The notes beneath the pieces were generated by a model. It had not been told where the DNA came from. It worked only from the letters and a program-made list of their open reading frames with translations, and searched no databases. A stretch of 64,000 bases of DNA from Sphagnum compactum (lineage: Eukaryota), in NCBI GenBank assembly GCA_965153455.1, contig OZ234493.1, forward strand, positions 17,350,213-17,414,212, read 5' to 3'. The position numbers were made by a program, and so were the translations under genes. This document shows positions 62,701 to 64,000 of this stretch, piece after piece (position 1 is the stretch's first letter; every line of letters starts with the position of its first letter).

Positions 62701-64000
62701 AAGAGGTATTTGATATGAATTTGTCTGGAACAACCCAAGCCGCATCACAAAATAAATCAAGAAATGCTTTTTATGACGACCAAATAACAATGAGGGTTGT
62801 TTTGGGAAAAGGAACATTATGGCAACGCCGCAGGGCATATCTAACCAAATAATAACTAGGGTTGTTTTGGGAAAAGGAACATTATGACAAGGCCGCAGGG
62901 CATATCTAAAGTATGTCATCGTGGCAAATCGCGGTTAATTTTAATTGGTAAATACCCCATGACATTTTTGGGAAACTACATTAGAGTTTTCACGCTTGCA
63001 CAAAGTTTAATATATCACACATCCTTTTTGATCTATAAACATTCATTATAACAAAGCTTTGTTGGGATGGATGACGAATTAAATGTTTATTAAACAATGA
63101 AAATAAGAATCGGATCTATTTCCCTCCAAATATACAAAAGATAAATTGGCCATGAATCATGCATGTCCGTAAATGTTATGTGATGGCCCACAATTTTAAC
63201 ATAAACCCAACCCCCCCCCCCAACCCCCCAAAAACACAATTTCCATATGCTCCTCCATCCTCTCCCAATGGCCCTTGTAAGCCCTTAAGTTTCTTGTTAT
63301 TTTTATATATAATGTTCTATAAAATTGTGTCAATGGCGACATTTTGATGGGTAGTCAAAAGTTAAATAGAATGCAAACGTAACTATTAAAGTTGCACACA
63401 AAAACGTAAAATAATTCGAACCACACCATGTGAAGTTATACTATAGTGGAGCATAGCGAAAAAATAGGAAGAGGAAGTCGATTACCGAGCCACGGAGCGA
63501 GCTTCCATTTAAAAATTTGGTGGAGTGCTACCCTAAGCCCCAATTTGAACTTTAAAATTTTGCCATCGAAAGAAGTTTTTTTTTAAAAATTATAATGTGT
63601 GGTTTGACGTGATATAAGCCAAACATGATGTGTGATAGCCCCCCGGGGAAACGTTATACGGGATCGTACCTTAAGGAACATGTAAAAATTTATAAAATAT
63701 GCTTCATATATGGTGCACAGGACAGGCCAACCCTAAACACCTAAAACTGCGTTCAAGAGTTTCCCGGGCGTTATCAATGAATACAGGATTGTATCAAATC
63801 CACCACAAAGTAATTTACCTTTTCATAAAATTTATTAGATTTCATTTATGATGATAAATAATATATATGCATGGATGGAAATAAAAGGCTGCGCAACGTG
63901 CTACGAAGGCCAAGTACATTTAATCATGTCATTTATCAATTCTTCCAAACATAATGAAATTGGAGTGGGGCGCAGAATAAACTTATGGGGTTGGAGATTC
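59787..64000 (+). repeat. Long direct repeat, copy 2 (period about 59,786 bp)
   Basis: Colinear near-identity to 1-4220. Confidence 0.98.

Overview
Eukaryotic land-plant DNA: GT-AG introns, plant TTTAGGG telomere motifs and an SBP-box gene. The repeat families and a canonical Cdc25 fragment suggest a moss, possibly Sphagnum (inference). Bases 1-~4220 recur almost identically at 59787-64000, so the window holds one ~59.8-kb repeat period, either a tandem segmental unit or a giant element with long direct repeats. The main feature is a GC-rich, intronless 1588-aa ORF (6019-10785). It fuses C2H2 zinc fingers, a DUF3505-like region, a cryptic tyrosine-recombinase catalytic domain (R748, K782, R871/H872, H897, Y906) and a RecQ-like SF2 helicase with Cys/His-rich tails. 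This architecture resembles fungal telomere-linked helicases, not plant RecQ genes. The rest of the unit carries an apparently intact 4-exon zinc-finger + TET/JBP-like 2OG-Fe(II) dioxygenase gene and a string of truncated, mostly intron-retaining host gene fragments (FKBP16-3-like, PHO1, CDC25, SAP30-like, ABCG, SPL, LDL3, an LRR gene, RAPTOR). It also has an F-box-like pseudogene, two satellite arrays, LINE and CRE remnants, a solo LTR with TSD, non-autonomous Helitrons and a head-to-head telomere-repeat junction. Working hypothesis: a cargo-carrying mobile or subtelomeric element built around a tyrosine recombinase-helicase. All family assignments come from motif recognition by eye; no database searches were run.
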